Part shown: positions 18,111 to 29,030 of the stretch, piece after piece
Layout of the letters: every line of letters begins with the position of its first letter
How positions within the stretch are numbered: position 1 is the stretch's first letter
Assembly: GCA_009775095.1 (NCBI GenBank)
Contig: VSOZ01000012.1
Coordinates: 19,801 to 83,800 of the forward strand
DNA from: Muribaculum sp.
Lineage (GTDB): Bacteria; Bacteroidota; Bacteroidia; Bacteroidales; Muribaculaceae
Direction: 5' to 3'
DNA: 64,000 nt
Notes under the pieces: generated by a model
Told to the model about the DNA's origin: nothing
Database searches by the model: none
Seen by the model: only the letters and a program-made list of their open reading frames with translations
Position numbers and translations under genes: made by a program

Positions 18111-19505
18111 TTAATAACCGGGATTCTGCCATAGAATGGTCTTGTCGTTAATACGCTCGATTTCAGTCGAAGGTATGGGATAAAGCATCTGATAATCCAA
18201 TATGGTAAGACCTTCATTTGCCGCAGCTTCCATAGCTCCGCCCAAACGCACCGAGTCAAACCAACGATGTCCCTCGTAAGGAAACTCTTTCTGACGCTCA
18301 AGCATGACAGCCTTGCGGAAAGCATCGCGATCGGGCAGGTCGGCTATGTCTATGGGAGCCAGACCGGCACGCGTATGCACTGCATTGAGAGCATTGAGCG
18401 CCGGCGAGTCCTGACGGTTGCTGTAGCCTACCTCGTTAAGAGCCTCGGCGTACATGAGCATGACATCGGCATATCTGAGGATTACGTTGTCGGCGCCATA
18501 CTGGCGTGTAGTAGCGTCGCGGGTGTCATAGAACTTACGCATCAGATGAGTGTTGACGTCGGGCACTTTGACATACTCAAGCAACTGCGAGCGACGGTCG
18601 GCGGGAGTATAAAGCTCGTTGAGAGTACGTGTACGGTTATTGTCATCTGTAAGGTTGGTGAGTGCATACCAAGCGCCGTGTCCCTCACCCACTACGGTCT
18701 TGTTGTAGCGAACGGCAAATATAATCTCGGAATTCATCTTGTTTTCCACGTCAAATACATCAAGTACATCTGGCAGAAGTGAATAAGATCCTATCATGCC
18801 CTCAAGCAGTGAAGCCGCTTTGTCGGGATGACCAAACGTAAGATACACTTTGGCAAGGAGCGCCTTGGCGGCTCCGCTTGTAGCACGTCCTATATCGGAC
18901 TTGGGATATGATGCGGGGAGCATGTTGTCGTTGACTATCATCTCAAGATCGCCGGCTATGTAACCGTACATCTCGTCAACCGAAGGACGAGCAAGTTTTA
19001 ATGCTTCGTCAACCGACACGACCTTACGGGCCACCGGCACTGTTCCCCAAGCACGATACATGTTAAAGTAAGTCAGAGCACGTATGAACATGGCTTCGGC
19101 CTTGAACTGATTGCGCTTGACAGCGTCGAATTGCGCGTCATCTATACGGTCGAGCACCATATTGCAGCGGTATACACCGTTATTGAAGTTGGCCCAGAGG
19201 TCATCAAGTATGCCGTTGGCCGGAGTCTCCTTGAACTTGTCAATGTCATAACGGTCCTGTGTGCCCGCCGTAGGAGCGTTGAGAGTAAGGTTGTCACTGC
19301 GGTACTCGCACATCTCGATGTAAAAATTCATTTGAGTCTGCAATTTGGCATAACAACCGTTTACAGCGATCTCGAAGTCGCTTTCGGTCTTGTATATCTT
19401 GTCTACCGTCACCTGATCGTCGGGCTGCAGATCAAAAAAGCTGTCGCTGCATGATGTCAGCACCAATAATGAGGCTGCGGTAATTGCCGTCAATAGTTTT
19501 TTCAT
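18111..19505 (-). CDS. SusD/RagB family lipoprotein
   Basis: LTSC lipobox, LRYADVMLMYAEA, ERQKEFPYEGHRWFD, QNPGY end. Confidence 0.95.
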   Translation of the reverse strand: MKKLLTAITAASLLVLTSCSDSFFDLQPDDQVTVDKIYKTESDFEIAVNGCYAKLQTQMNFYIEMCEYRSDNLTLNAPTAGTQDRYDIDKFKETPANGILDDLWANFNNGVYRCNMVLDRIDDAQFDAVKRNQFKAEAMFIRALTYFNMYRAWGTVPVARKVVSVDEALKLARPSVDEMYGYIAGDLEMIVNDNMLPASYPKSDIGRATSGAAKALLAKVYLTFGHPDKAASLLEGMIGSYSLLPDVLDVFDVENKMNSEIIFAVRYNKTVVGEGHGAWYALTNLTDDNNRTRTLNELYTPADRRSQLLEYVKVPDVNTHLMRKFYDTRDATTRQYGADNVILRYADVMLMYAEALNEVGYSNRQDSPALNALNAVHTRAGLAPIDIADLPDRDAFRKAVMLERQKEFPYEGHRWFDSVRLGGAMEAAANEGLTILDYQMLYPIPSTEIERINDKTILWQNPGY

Positions 19506-19523
19506 TTTTGTGATTTTATAAAA

Positions 19524-22500
19524 TTAGAAAGTGGTTAAGTTAAGGCCTATCATAAACGTACGGGCCAAGGGATATGTACCGTAGTCCTCGCCGGGAGTAA
19601 GCGCGTTGCTGTTGCGCAGACTCACTTCGGGATTGTAACCCGAATAATCGGTCCAAGTATACAGATTGTTGGCCGAGAAGTAGATGCGGCACTTCTCGAT
19701 GTAGAGTTTCTTTGTCCAATGAGAAGGCAGCGTATAGCCCACGGTTATATTCTGCAGGCGCAGATATGAGCCGTCCTCAAGATGCCATGTCGACGTACGG
19801 GCGTTGTAGCCAGTCTGCTTGCGGTTGGCGCGGTTTGTAAGTCCGTCGCCTATGTTTGTCGGGCTTTGCCAGCGGTTAAGGCTCGCTACGGTGCCGTTTA
19901 CATTACCCTCCATATTATCGAGATAACGGCGATTGAGGTTCAGAATCTCATTGCCGTACACACCTTGGAAGGCTATGGCAAAGTCAAGACCCTTGTAGGC
20001 GAGAGTACCGTTGAAGCCGTAAGTGAAGTCGGGCATATAGTTACCTACTATGGTACGGTCCTTGTTGACATCGAGTACTCCGTCACCGTCCACGTCGACA
20101 AAACGGAAGTCACCGGGACGAGCGTTGTTAAAGTGAGGATAAGACTTCAGATCCTCCTCATTACGGAATATTCCGTCCTGTACGAGCAGATAATATGAAC
20201 CTATAGGCTTACCCACCTGCGTGATGTAATAAGCGTGTTCAACGCTACCCGACGATATTATCGGAGCATTCTGCTGGCCGAGAGCCTTTACTTCGTTGGT
20301 ATTCTTTGACCAAGTGGCATTGAACGAGTAGCTCAATCCGTTTTTGTAGGAGTGTGACGAACCTAATGAAAGCTCCCAACCGCGGTTGTTGACCTGACCT
20401 ATGTTCATCAGCGTCGTGCTGTAGCCGGTAGGACGCGGAACGGGCACATTGAGGAGCATGTCGTAAGTATCGGCATAATAGTATTCAGCCGTAAGTTTCA
20501 GATATCCGTTAAGCGCAAGAAGGTCAAGACCGGCATTGATCATAGAAGTCTTTTCCCAAGTCAGGTCGGGATTGTCGATACCGGTAGGTTTGTAACCGCT
20601 GTTCAACGAGCCGCTGCCCGAACCGAATATATAATCATCCTGATCCATCGTGGACAGATGGCGGTAATTGCCGATCTGGAAGTTACCGGTCTTGCCGTAG
20701 CTGAAGCGCAACTTACCGTCATCCAACCAGTTCATAGCACTGATATTACGGAAGAAATCCTCACCGGTAAAACGCCATGCGGCCGATGCCGAAGGGAAGT
20801 AGCCCCAACGATTGTTTTTACCGAAGCGTGAAGAGCCGTCGGCACGTATAGCGGCCGAAAGCATATAGATGCCGCGGTAGCTGTACTGCGCACGTGCGAG
20901 ATATGATGCGAGCGACCACTCTGTTGTCTGTGAATTTCCGTCAGAAACAGTTCCACCGGTTATAGTCTGTATATAATCGTTAGGATAGTCGGTGGCCTTT
21001 ACATAAACACCTTTGTAAGTCTCTTTCTGGGCCGACTGTACAACTACGGCGCTGACAGTATGGTCGCCGAAATCGGCATTATAGTTAAGCTGATTTTCAA
21101 GGAGCCAGTTATAGTAGCTGCCGTTGGAAGCCTCCCCTACAGGATTGGACTGTTTGTCATAATAGTCCTTGCCGAGCAGAGGAAGTGAACCGGAGCGATA
21201 CTTTTCGTTATTGGCCCCGTAGTAGTTTCCGCCAAACGATGTCTGAAACGAAAAGCCACGACCGAAATCAAAGCCGACAAAAGCACGTCCCGTGAAAGCG
21301 AAACGAGTGACATCGTCTTTCTGCAACGTAGCGAGAGCCACAGGGTTGAGCACTTCATTGTGCTGATAGTCATTGCCTATACGCCAATATCCGTTGCCCT
21401 GATAATTGAACGAACCGTCGGCATTGTACACGGGCCATATCGGGCATGAAGCGAGAGCCGACTGTACTACACCGCCGCTACCGTAAGAGCCTGATGCGTT
21501 AACTCGCTTTGATTTTGAATATGACGGCGACATATTGACTCCATAACGGAAACGCTGGTACTTACCGTCAAGATTCATACGTAGCGAGTACTTCTCAAAG
21601 TCGGAGTTTATGATTATACCCTCTTTGCTCAAATAATTACCTGAGAAGAAATAATTTACAGTCTCGGTCTTGCCCGATACGGTGACGTTATGGCTCGTAG
21701 AGAAACCGGTGCGGAATATTTCGTCCTGCCAATCGGTATCGGTAAGATTGGGTTCACCGGTAAGATAAGGCAACAGCTCAATAGGATAATTGCTGAACGA
21801 CTCTGGACGGCTGCCGTTAGGGTCGGTACCGCCGGGATGAAGATCCCAGTAAGCATTGTCATGCGCCTCTTTTGACAACTGCGCATACTGATAGGCATTC
21901 ATCATGTCAATCTTCTTTGACACCTTATCCCATGCGGCATATCCGTCATAGGTGACCTTCACGCGCTCTGAGGCTCCCTTCTTTGTGGTTATGATGATGA
22001 CACCGTTGGAGCCGCGCGAACCATAGATAGCCGCAGCCGAAGCATCCTTGAGCACTTCGAGCGACTCTATGTCATTAGGATTGATATTTCCGAGACCGTT
22101 GTCCATCGGCACACCGTCAACGATGTAAAGGGGGTCATTGCCGGCAGTGGCCGAACTCACACCACGTACGCGTACCATAATATTGTTGCCTTCGGGATCG
22201 CCCGAGGTCTGCATTACCTGTACACCCGGCATTTTACCGGCCATCGACTGACGGAAATCGGAGTTAGGCAGATTGGCTATGTCCTCCGACTTTATCTGTG
22301 ATATAGCCGTCGACACATCTCGTTTTTTAACTGTACCGTAGCCGATAACCACTACCTCATCGAGCACCTCGGCATTTTCGGAAAGTGTAAAATCGTACAC
22401 GTCTTTAGCGCCTACCGTAAAAGCGATCGGCTGGTAACCGATATACGATACATTTACTGTAGCCCCTTCCGGCACTTTATCAATAGTAAAGTTACCGTCA

Positions 22501-22961
22501 AAGTCAGTCGATACGCCGTTAGAGGTACCGTCGACAATAACCGACGCTCCTATAACCGGCTCACCTTCGGGATCAATTATAGTCCCCGAAATCTTTTTTG
22601 TCTTTGCATTTGCCGGCACGGTAGCCCGTGAAGCGTCGCCAGAAGCCTTGACTATGGCTATGGACTTGTCGGAAACGAGGTCATAGGTAAGACCGCTCCC
22701 TTTAAGAGCCATATCGAGAGCCTTGGTTACAGGAATATTCTCACATGACAAGGTTATGCCGACCTTATCGGCGACAGACGAGTCTTTGTAAGAAAAACGA
22801 TAGGTGGTTTGGTGCTCTATGGCACTCAGCACTTGTGTTAGCGTCGCGTCCTTAAAATTGAGCGTAACATGCTGGATGTCGTTTGCCATGGCATTGATAC
22901 ATCCGGTTATTACGACCAAAAGGGTGAGGACACATTTACGCAATCTACTCTTTTGAATCAT
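19524..22961 (-). CDS. SusC/RagA TonB-dependent transporter with N-terminal signalling (STN) extension
   Basis: LDEVVVIGYG, INPNDIESLEVLKDASAAAIYGSRGSNGVIIITTKKG, terminal F; extra N-terminal domain. Confidence 0.95.
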   Translation of the reverse strand: MIQKSRLRKCVLTLLVVITGCINAMANDIQHVTLNFKDATLTQVLSAIEHQTTYRFSYKDSSVADKVGITLSCENIPVTKALDMALKGSGLTYDLVSDKSIAIVKASGDASRATVPANAKTKKISGTIIDPEGEPVIGASVIVDGTSNGVSTDFDGNFTIDKVPEGATVNVSYIGYQPIAFTVGAKDVYDFTLSENAEVLDEVVVIGYGTVKKRDVSTAISQIKSEDIANLPNSDFRQSMAGKMPGVQVMQTSGDPEGNNIMVRVRGVSSATAGNDPLYIVDGVPMDNGLGNINPNDIESLEVLKDASAAAIYGSRGSNGVIIITTKKGASERVKVTYDGYAAWDKVSKKIDMMNAYQYAQLSKEAHDNAYWDLHPGGTDPNGSRPESFSNYPIELLPYLTGEPNLTDTDWQDEIFRTGFSTSHNVTVSGKTETVNYFFSGNYLSKEGIIINSDFEKYSLRMNLDGKYQRFRYGVNMSPSYSKSKRVNASGSYGSGGVVQSALASCPIWPVYNADGSFNYQGNGYWRIGNDYQHNEVLNPVALATLQKDDVTRFAFTGRAFVGFDFGRGFSFQTSFGGNYYGANNEKYRSGSLPLLGKDYYDKQSNPVGEASNGSYYNWLLENQLNYNADFGDHTVSAVVVQSAQKETYKGVYVKATDYPNDYIQTITGGTVSDGNSQTTEWSLASYLARAQYSYRGIYMLSAAIRADGSSRFGKNNRWGYFPSASAAWRFTGEDFFRNISAMNWLDDGKLRFSYGKTGNFQIGNYRHLSTMDQDDYIFGSGSGSLNSGYKPTGIDNPDLTWEKTSMINAGLDLLALNGYLKLTAEYYYADTYDMLLNVPVPRPTGYSTTLMNIGQVNNRGWELSLGSSHSYKNGLSYSFNATWSKNTNEVKALGQQNAPIISSGSVEHAYYITQVGKPIGSYYLLVQDGIFRNEEDLKSYPHFNNARPGDFRFVDVDGDGVLDVNKDRTIVGNYMPDFTYGFNGTLAYKGLDFAIAFQGVYGNEILNLNRRYLDNMEGNVNGTVASLNRWQSPTNIGDGLTNRANRKQTGYNARTSTWHLEDGSYLRLQNITVGYTLPSHWTKKLYIEKCRIYFSANNLYTWTDYSGYNPEVSLRNSNALTPGEDYGTYPLARTFMIGLNLTTF

Positions 22962-23109
22962 GGATTAAGTTTTGGATGGTTTAATAATTACTATAATCTA
23001 CCACGGTAGACAAGAATACTCAAACCGAGGTACCATCCTCAATCCATGTTTTAAAACATATTAACCTATTAATTTAAGATTTCACCAAACAAGAAGATAA
23101 TATGACACC

Positions 23110-24066
23110 CTATATATATATTGGTATATCAAAACCATATACCCGTGAAAGTACAGCATAAGCCTCATCAAGATCATCGGAAGGAAGAGTACCGGTAAAC
23201 GTATCGTTCAAAGCACTTTTTACTGCTGAAGATACGGTAATGCCGTAAGCATCCTCAATACGCGACACAAGCTCTTCGGGAGTGGCGTTGACAAAAATAA
23301 GCTCATGGCGCAACCATGCGGAGCGGGCGGCTATGTCATCAGCCTTCGTAACGCTTATATCGCCGGTCGAACGATCGACAAGAGCCACATGCCCTGGAGT
23401 AAGCGATACGGCATCGGATGTTTTATCAGATTTCAGCTCTACACTTCCGTTATCGAGAGCCACCTCGGTAAAATCATCATCGGGGCGTGCCAACAGATTG
23501 AATGAAGTACCCTTTACCACTATCTCAAGCCCCTGAACCGTTATATGAAACGGATGATCCGCATCTTTACTTACATTAAAATATGCCTCACCGGTAAATC
23601 TCACCTTTCTTTTGCCGTCGACATAATCGGCATAATATCCTATATTACTGTCTGAGTTAAGAGAAACCTCACTTCCGTCGGGCAACATAACTTTAGCACG
23701 TTCGCCTTTGGCGGTAATCACATGGCTCTGTCGCGGATCGGTCCCCGAATAATTGCCGTTTAAATATAGATATACTGTAGCAACGACAAACAGAGGCAAT
23801 AATATTGTAGCGGCAAGAGATACGACTTTTATCCACGCCGAACGACGCGGCTTACGGCTCTCCTCGATTCTTCGGTCTATGTCAGCTTTCATTCGCATCA
23901 AGGATTCGTCCATGTCGCACGACCGGGCATCCAGAAATTCGTCCCAGTCTTTTAACATCGCATCGCCGATCTCTTCGTCAGATAACGTATTAACCTGTTC
24001 ACGAAGTTTCTTTAATTCTTCGGGAGTAAGATTGTCATTTATATATTTCCTATTTAAATCATCCAT
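23110..24066 (-). CDS. FecR-family anti-sigma factor
   Basis: TM helix, LPDGSEVSLNSDS, GEAYFNV, VKGTSFN. Confidence 0.92.
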   Translation of the reverse strand: MDDLNRKYINDNLTPEELKKLREQVNTLSDEEIGDAMLKDWDEFLDARSCDMDESLMRMKADIDRRIEESRKPRRSAWIKVVSLAATILLPLFVVATVYLYLNGNYSGTDPRQSHVITAKGERAKVMLPDGSEVSLNSDSNIGYYADYVDGKRKVRFTGEAYFNVSKDADHPFHITVQGLEIVVKGTSFNLLARPDDDFTEVALDNGSVELKSDKTSDAVSLTPGHVALVDRSTGDISVTKADDIAARSAWLRHELIFVNATPEELVSRIEDAYGITVSSAVKSALNDTFTGTLPSDDLDEAYAVLSRVYGFDIPIYI

Positions 24067-24087
24067 TGTAAACTGTGAAAAGGTTGG

Positions 24088-24687
24088 CTATATTATATTG
24101 ACAATATATACGCGAAAAAGTACCGACAACAGCAACGGAATTGCGACAAAAATGTCATTATGCCGCTTGCTCAATTCGTCTTTAAGACGTTTCATGCCCT
24201 CCGTTACCGCATTTTTAACCGTCTGCAGGCTAAGGCCCGTTTTCTGGGCTATCTCCTTGTGCGAAAGTCCGTCAATACGCGAAAGCCTCAGCACGCGGCT
24301 CTGTGTTTCGGGCAAAGAGTCCATTACGTCGTAAACCGATTTTTCAAATTCGTCATATTCTATGGAAGGAGTGCCGTCAACACTGACCGAATAAGCCTCA
24401 GCCGAAACAAAGTCTTCGTATATAGGAGAATTCAGCCTTGATTTATAGGCATTCACAAGACGATTGCGGGCAATAGTGAACAGCAAAGCTCTCAGTGAAT
24501 CACTTTTTATAGATTCACGACTGTTCCATAACGCTACAAATGTATCCTGAACTATCTCCTCGGCATCCTCACGCGACTTGACATATCGCATGCAAAATCC
24601 AAGCAGCTTGGATGCATAAAGTTGATATATCGTGTCAAAAGCACGCATATCACCTTGTTTTAAATGCGTTATGAGGGTTTGTTCCAT
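24088..24687 (-). CDS. ECF RNA polymerase sigma-70 factor
   Basis: DAEEIVQDTFVALW, LSRIDGLSHKEIA...TVKN; adjacent to FecR. Confidence 0.93.
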   Translation of the reverse strand: MEQTLITHLKQGDMRAFDTIYQLYASKLLGFCMRYVKSREDAEEIVQDTFVALWNSRESIKSDSLRALLFTIARNRLVNAYKSRLNSPIYEDFVSAEAYSVSVDGTPSIEYDEFEKSVYDVMDSLPETQSRVLRLSRIDGLSHKEIAQKTGLSLQTVKNAVTEGMKRLKDELSKRHNDIFVAIPLLLSVLFRVYIVNII

Positions 24688-24772
24688 TTGCCGAATGTTA
24701 TTGTCTCCGCAAATTTAAACATAAATTTCGTAATTACACCTGCAGCAATCACATAATTGCATTTCACGCAAT

Positions 24773-25588
24773 TCAAGAATGACCGGGGGTACGGGAGCGA
24801 AGTTGCCAGAATGCGACAGCTGCAGCAGCAGCCACGTTGAGGGAGTCTACATTGTGCGCCATAGGTATACGCACCACGTAGTCGGTCGAGGCTATGGTGT
24901 GCTCCGACAGGCCGTCGCCCTCAGTGCCCATGACTATGGCAAGCCTAGGTTCGGCCGTCAGCACAGGATCGTCAAGCGATATTGAATCTTCGGTAAGGGC
25001 CATGGCAGCAGTACGGAAGCCAAGACCGCCAAGTTGCGCTACAGGCCGGTCAAGCCATGCCCACGGCACAAGAAACACCGACCCCATAGACACTCTGACA
25101 GCTCTACGGTTGAGCGGATCGCATGATGACGGCGTGAGAAGCACTCCGTCAATACCGAGCGCGGCAGCCGAACGAAATATAGCGCCGATGTTGGTGGTAT
25201 CGACAACACCGTCAATCACAACAATGCGCCGCGCTCCGCTGCACACTTCGTCAACCGACGGCAGCGCCGGACGACGCATAGCGCACAGCACACCGCGGGT
25301 AAGAGTATAGCCCGTCAATGTCGCAAGTAGCTGCCTGTCGCCCGTATAGACCGGAATGTCGCCGCAACGCTCGATAATCGAGGCCGCGTCGCCGGTAATG
25401 TGGCGTCGCTCGCACAACAACGACACCGGAGTATAGCCGGCATTAAGCGCCACATCGATGACTTTGGGGCTTTCAGCGATAAACAGCCCCTGCTCGGGAT
25501 GAAGACGATTGCGCAGCTGCGCCTCTGTAAGAGTGGCATAAACCTCTACTCCGCTACAGGACAATGAAGATATTTCGATAACGGGCAT
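24773..25588 (-). CDS. TrmH/SpoU family RNA methyltransferase
   Basis: NIGAIFRSAAALG, MGTEGDGL, IPM...SLNVAAA; start set at MPVIEI. Confidence 0.9.
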   Translation of the reverse strand: MPVIEISSLSCSGVEVYATLTEAQLRNRLHPEQGLFIAESPKVIDVALNAGYTPVSLLCERRHITGDAASIIERCGDIPVYTGDRQLLATLTGYTLTRGVLCAMRRPALPSVDEVCSGARRIVVIDGVVDTTNIGAIFRSAAALGIDGVLLTPSSCDPLNRRAVRVSMGSVFLVPWAWLDRPVAQLGGLGFRTAAMALTEDSISLDDPVLTAEPRLAIVMGTEGDGLSEHTIASTDYVVRIPMAHNVDSLNVAAAAAVAFWQLRSRTPGHS

Positions 25589-25722
25589 ATATGTTGTATT
25601 ACGAGTTGACTCCGCAAAGATAGCTAAATTATGCCGTATACACATACAATCGATACGGGGCTTGGTATATACGGTCTAATTTCGTAAATTTGTCATTATA
25701 CATTTAACTATCACATATTATA

Positions 25723-27339
25723 ATGGACTTGCATAATAAAACATTGAGAAGAGCGACACTTGCCATAGTGCTGCTCAGTGCGTCAACCGCACCCATGATA
25801 ACACAAGCGGCCAACCCTATATTACCTATGTGGGAATATATTCCCGACGGGGAGCCTTATGTATTTGAAGATCCTGATAATCCCGGTAAATTCAGAGTGT
25901 ATTTATACGGATCGCATGACAATCTCGTATCAGAATATTGCGGTCGTGATCAAGTAGTATGGTCGGCACCGGTAGAAGACCTGAATAACTGGCGTTGCGA
26001 CGGCATAATATTTGAATCACGCAGAGACGCAGACGGCAAACTACTATACGCCAACGGACAGGGCGACGTATTGTATGCCCCCGACGTTACAGTAAAGACC
26101 GATGCATCAGGGGAAAAGACCTACTATCTATATCCCAACAATCAAGCCGGAGGACGCAATGGATTGATCGCCAAGTCATCGCGCCCCGACGGGCCGTTTG
26201 AGGTGTGCAATTGGAGCAAGGATGACCCTACAAAAACCGACGGAGATTTACGTTTTGATCCGGCAGTATTTATTGATGATGACGGCAAAGTGTACGGCTA
26301 TTGGGGCTTTGAAGAGTCATGGGGTGCTGAACTTGACCCCAATAATATGGCTACGGTAAAACCGGGCACAAAAGCAGTCAAAAATATGATACCGGGCAAA
26401 TATCAAGACAAGGTATTTCGTTTCTTCGAGGCCTCATCAATACGCAAAATCAAGGACAAATATGTCTTTGTATACAGCCGTTGGACCAATGAGGGCGAAT
26501 TCGGTCTACCGCAGTCCAACTATACACTTGCCTACGCATACTCCGACAATCCGCTCGGCCCTTTCACCTACGGCGGCACAATCATAGACGGACGCGGACG
26601 CCTTACTACTCCCGACGGAAAGACCATAGCCACAGCCACACCGGGAGGTAACACTCACGGCAGCATAGTGGAAATAAACGGACAGTGGTATGTGTTCTAT
26701 CATCGCCAGACAGGCACAAATGAATTTTCACGTCAGGCCATGGTGGCCCCCATAGAAGTAAAAGTGACCGAAGGGCCGGGCGGAAAAGTGGAAATATCGG
26801 AAGGCGAATATACGTCGGAAGGCTTCGAACTCAACGGGCTTAACCCTCTTGAACGCCACTCGGCAGGTATAGCGTGCTACTACACCGGTCCGGAACCTGC
26901 CCACGCATCGTTTCCCAACTTCCTGTTCACAGGCTCGTATGTAGATGCACTGCGTCCTAAAATTGAGAGTTATGACAAGCCCTACGACCTGCGTATCAAC
27001 CATGCCCCCGTGGTAAACAACACCGCCGGCTCTACGGTAGGCTACAAATACTTCAATTTTGACGCTCTGTCAGGCGACAATAATGCCAACCTGCTTGTAA
27101 ACCTTGTACCCGGAGGCATCGACTCTACTGTAAAAATCATGATAGACGATCCTGTAAAAGGCAAGGAAATAGGCCGACTTGACATATCCGGCGCACTCGC
27201 ACAAGAACCGGTAGAATTAAGCATTCCGGTGAAGATCGGCAAAAATATCAAGGGCAAGCACGCCTTGTTCTTTGTGTTTGACTCTCCGACAAAAGGCAAG
27301 TCGACATGCACCCTCAACAATTTTGTATTTTCAAAATAA
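25723..27339 (+). CDS. GH43-family glycoside hydrolase with C-terminal CBM6-like domain
   Basis: NPILP...PDGEP, YAPD, FDPAVFIDDDG, FFEASS, NTHGS...YVFYH; C-terminal YKYFNF...GKHALFFVF. Confidence 0.85.
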   Translation: MDLHNKTLRRATLAIVLLSASTAPMITQAANPILPMWEYIPDGEPYVFEDPDNPGKFRVYLYGSHDNLVSEYCGRDQVVWSAPVEDLNNWRCDGIIFESRRDADGKLLYANGQGDVLYAPDVTVKTDASGEKTYYLYPNNQAGGRNGLIAKSSRPDGPFEVCNWSKDDPTKTDGDLRFDPAVFIDDDGKVYGYWGFEESWGAELDPNNMATVKPGTKAVKNMIPGKYQDKVFRFFEASSIRKIKDKYVFVYSRWTNEGEFGLPQSNYTLAYAYSDNPLGPFTYGGTIIDGRGRLTTPDGKTIATATPGGNTHGSIVEINGQWYVFYHRQTGTNEFSRQAMVAPIEVKVTEGPGGKVEISEGEYTSEGFELNGLNPLERHSAGIACYYTGPEPAHASFPNFLFTGSYVDALRPKIESYDKPYDLRINHAPVVNNTAGSTVGYKYFNFDALSGDNNANLLVNLVPGGIDSTVKIMIDDPVKGKEIGRLDISGALAQEPVELSIPVKIGKNIKGKHALFFVFDSPTKGKSTCTLNNFVFSK

Positions 27340-27348
27340 ACAGTGATT

Positions 27349-27396
27349 ATAAAAATAAAGAGGATGACCCGGCCGGGTCATCCTCTTTATTTTTAT
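27349..27396. terminator. Bidirectional terminator (perfect 48 bp palindrome)
   Basis: ATAAAAATAAAGAGGATGACCCGG|CCGGGTCATCCTCTTTATTTTTAT between convergent genes. Confidence 0.85.
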
Positions 27397-27409
27397 CTGT
27401 AGCTGAAGA

Positions 27410-28783
27410 TCAGAACGGCTCCTCCTCTTCAACAAGAGGGTCGACAGCCACATCATGCTTCTCGGCATAGGTCTCCTTGATAAAGAACACACAGCATGCG
27501 CCCACTAACAGGAGCACACCGGCAAGCACTATCATGTTGAGCTGCGAGTGTCCGCCAAGCAATCCGAACACAATACCGCCGAGAGCGGCAGCCACAATCT
27601 GTGGTATGGTTATGGTGCCGTTGAACAGGCCGAGATATGCACCCATGTGCTTTCCGCTTATGGAGTTGGTAAGTATGGTGAAAGGCATTGCCAACATAGC
27701 AGCCCATGCGGTACCGACCAAGAAATAGCTTATGAAAAGCAACCACTTGTCATGGAAGAACATAGTTGATATAAATCCGATGCCGCCGATAACGAGACTC
27801 AGACAATAAGCCATACGACGATTCTTGAAGTTAGGCAATATGGCAGCCCACACAACCGAACCGATGGCCTGAACGGCAAAAAGTATACCGTTCCAGTTGG
27901 CGGCCTCCTGATAGTTGGCGGTCTGCGTACCCTGCGATGCATCCCAGCCGTAAGCCTGCTCAGCTACACCGCCCGTATTGTAAGTCCACATATACATGAA
28001 CGCGGCCCAACAGAAAAACTGCACCAGTCCTACAGTCCAGAATACTTTCGGGGCCTTTATCAACAAGTGCACGAAATCGCTCTTTTCATTGTCGCCGGAT
28101 TGAGTTATGCCATGATATTCGGCATACTCCTTCGGAGGCATCTCCTTGACCTTGCAGAACGTATATATGACACAGGCAATGAGAATGGCGGCACCACCGT
28201 AAAAAGAGAATGTTACGGAATCGGGCACTTTATTGCCCTCGGCTACATTGCTGATGCCTATCCACGCCAAGACAAACGGGAAAATAAACCCGACAACCGA
28301 ACCGGCGTTGCACAAGAAACTCTGTATGGAGTATGCAAGACCCTTCTGACGCTCGTTTACCATGTCGCCGACAAGCATCTTGAACGGCTGCATCGATATG
28401 TTGATCGACAAGTCAAGAAACATAAGCGCAAACGCGCCGAATATAAGCGCGGCACCTACAGCAAGATGGAAACTTCCAGCATTAGGCAAGAGTGCCATGA
28501 CGATGACTGCCAATATCGATCCGAACAGAAGATAAGGCAAGCGACGGCCGAAACGATTCCATGTACGGTCGCTGAGTGTCCCTACTATCGGTTGAATGAC
28601 AAGCCCCGCGAGCGGCGGCAGAATCCCAAAATAGCTGAGTTCGTGAGGATCTGCACCGAGAGTGGCAAAAATACGCGAAATGTTGGCGCTCTGTAGCGCA
28701 TAGGCTATCTGAACACCGAAAAATCCGAAACTCAAGTTCCATAGCTTCCAGAAACTCAAGTCAGGCTTAACTTTTGCTTTCAT
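27410..28783 (-). CDS. MFS sugar transporter (SLC45/maltose-sucrose type)
   Basis: LWNLSFGFFGVQIAYALQ, QPIVGTLSDRTW..FGRRLPY, YLGLFN..I.IPQI. Confidence 0.88.
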   Translation of the reverse strand: MKAKVKPDLSFWKLWNLSFGFFGVQIAYALQSANISRIFATLGADPHELSYFGILPPLAGLVIQPIVGTLSDRTWNRFGRRLPYLLFGSILAVIVMALLPNAGSFHLAVGAALIFGAFALMFLDLSINISMQPFKMLVGDMVNERQKGLAYSIQSFLCNAGSVVGFIFPFVLAWIGISNVAEGNKVPDSVTFSFYGGAAILIACVIYTFCKVKEMPPKEYAEYHGITQSGDNEKSDFVHLLIKAPKVFWTVGLVQFFCWAAFMYMWTYNTGGVAEQAYGWDASQGTQTANYQEAANWNGILFAVQAIGSVVWAAILPNFKNRRMAYCLSLVIGGIGFISTMFFHDKWLLFISYFLVGTAWAAMLAMPFTILTNSISGKHMGAYLGLFNGTITIPQIVAAALGGIVFGLLGGHSQLNMIVLAGVLLLVGACCVFFIKETYAEKHDVAVDPLVEEEEPF

Positions 28784-29030
28784 GAGTAGACAAAGTGGTT
28801 TTAGTTGACAATATCTTTAGAATTATAACGACAAATATAACACTTTTTTGTTTATTGCCGTAATTTTCTAATTCAAAATCTCTTATATTACCCCTTTTTG
28901 CCATTAAAAACGACCGATTCGCAAGGTTTATGAAGAAATTTGTGAGTTACTCAGCTCATCCTAATATAAAATCTCCCAAGTTTTATGTACTTTTGCAGTA
29001 CGAATTAATAAATCAGAAACAATATATATT

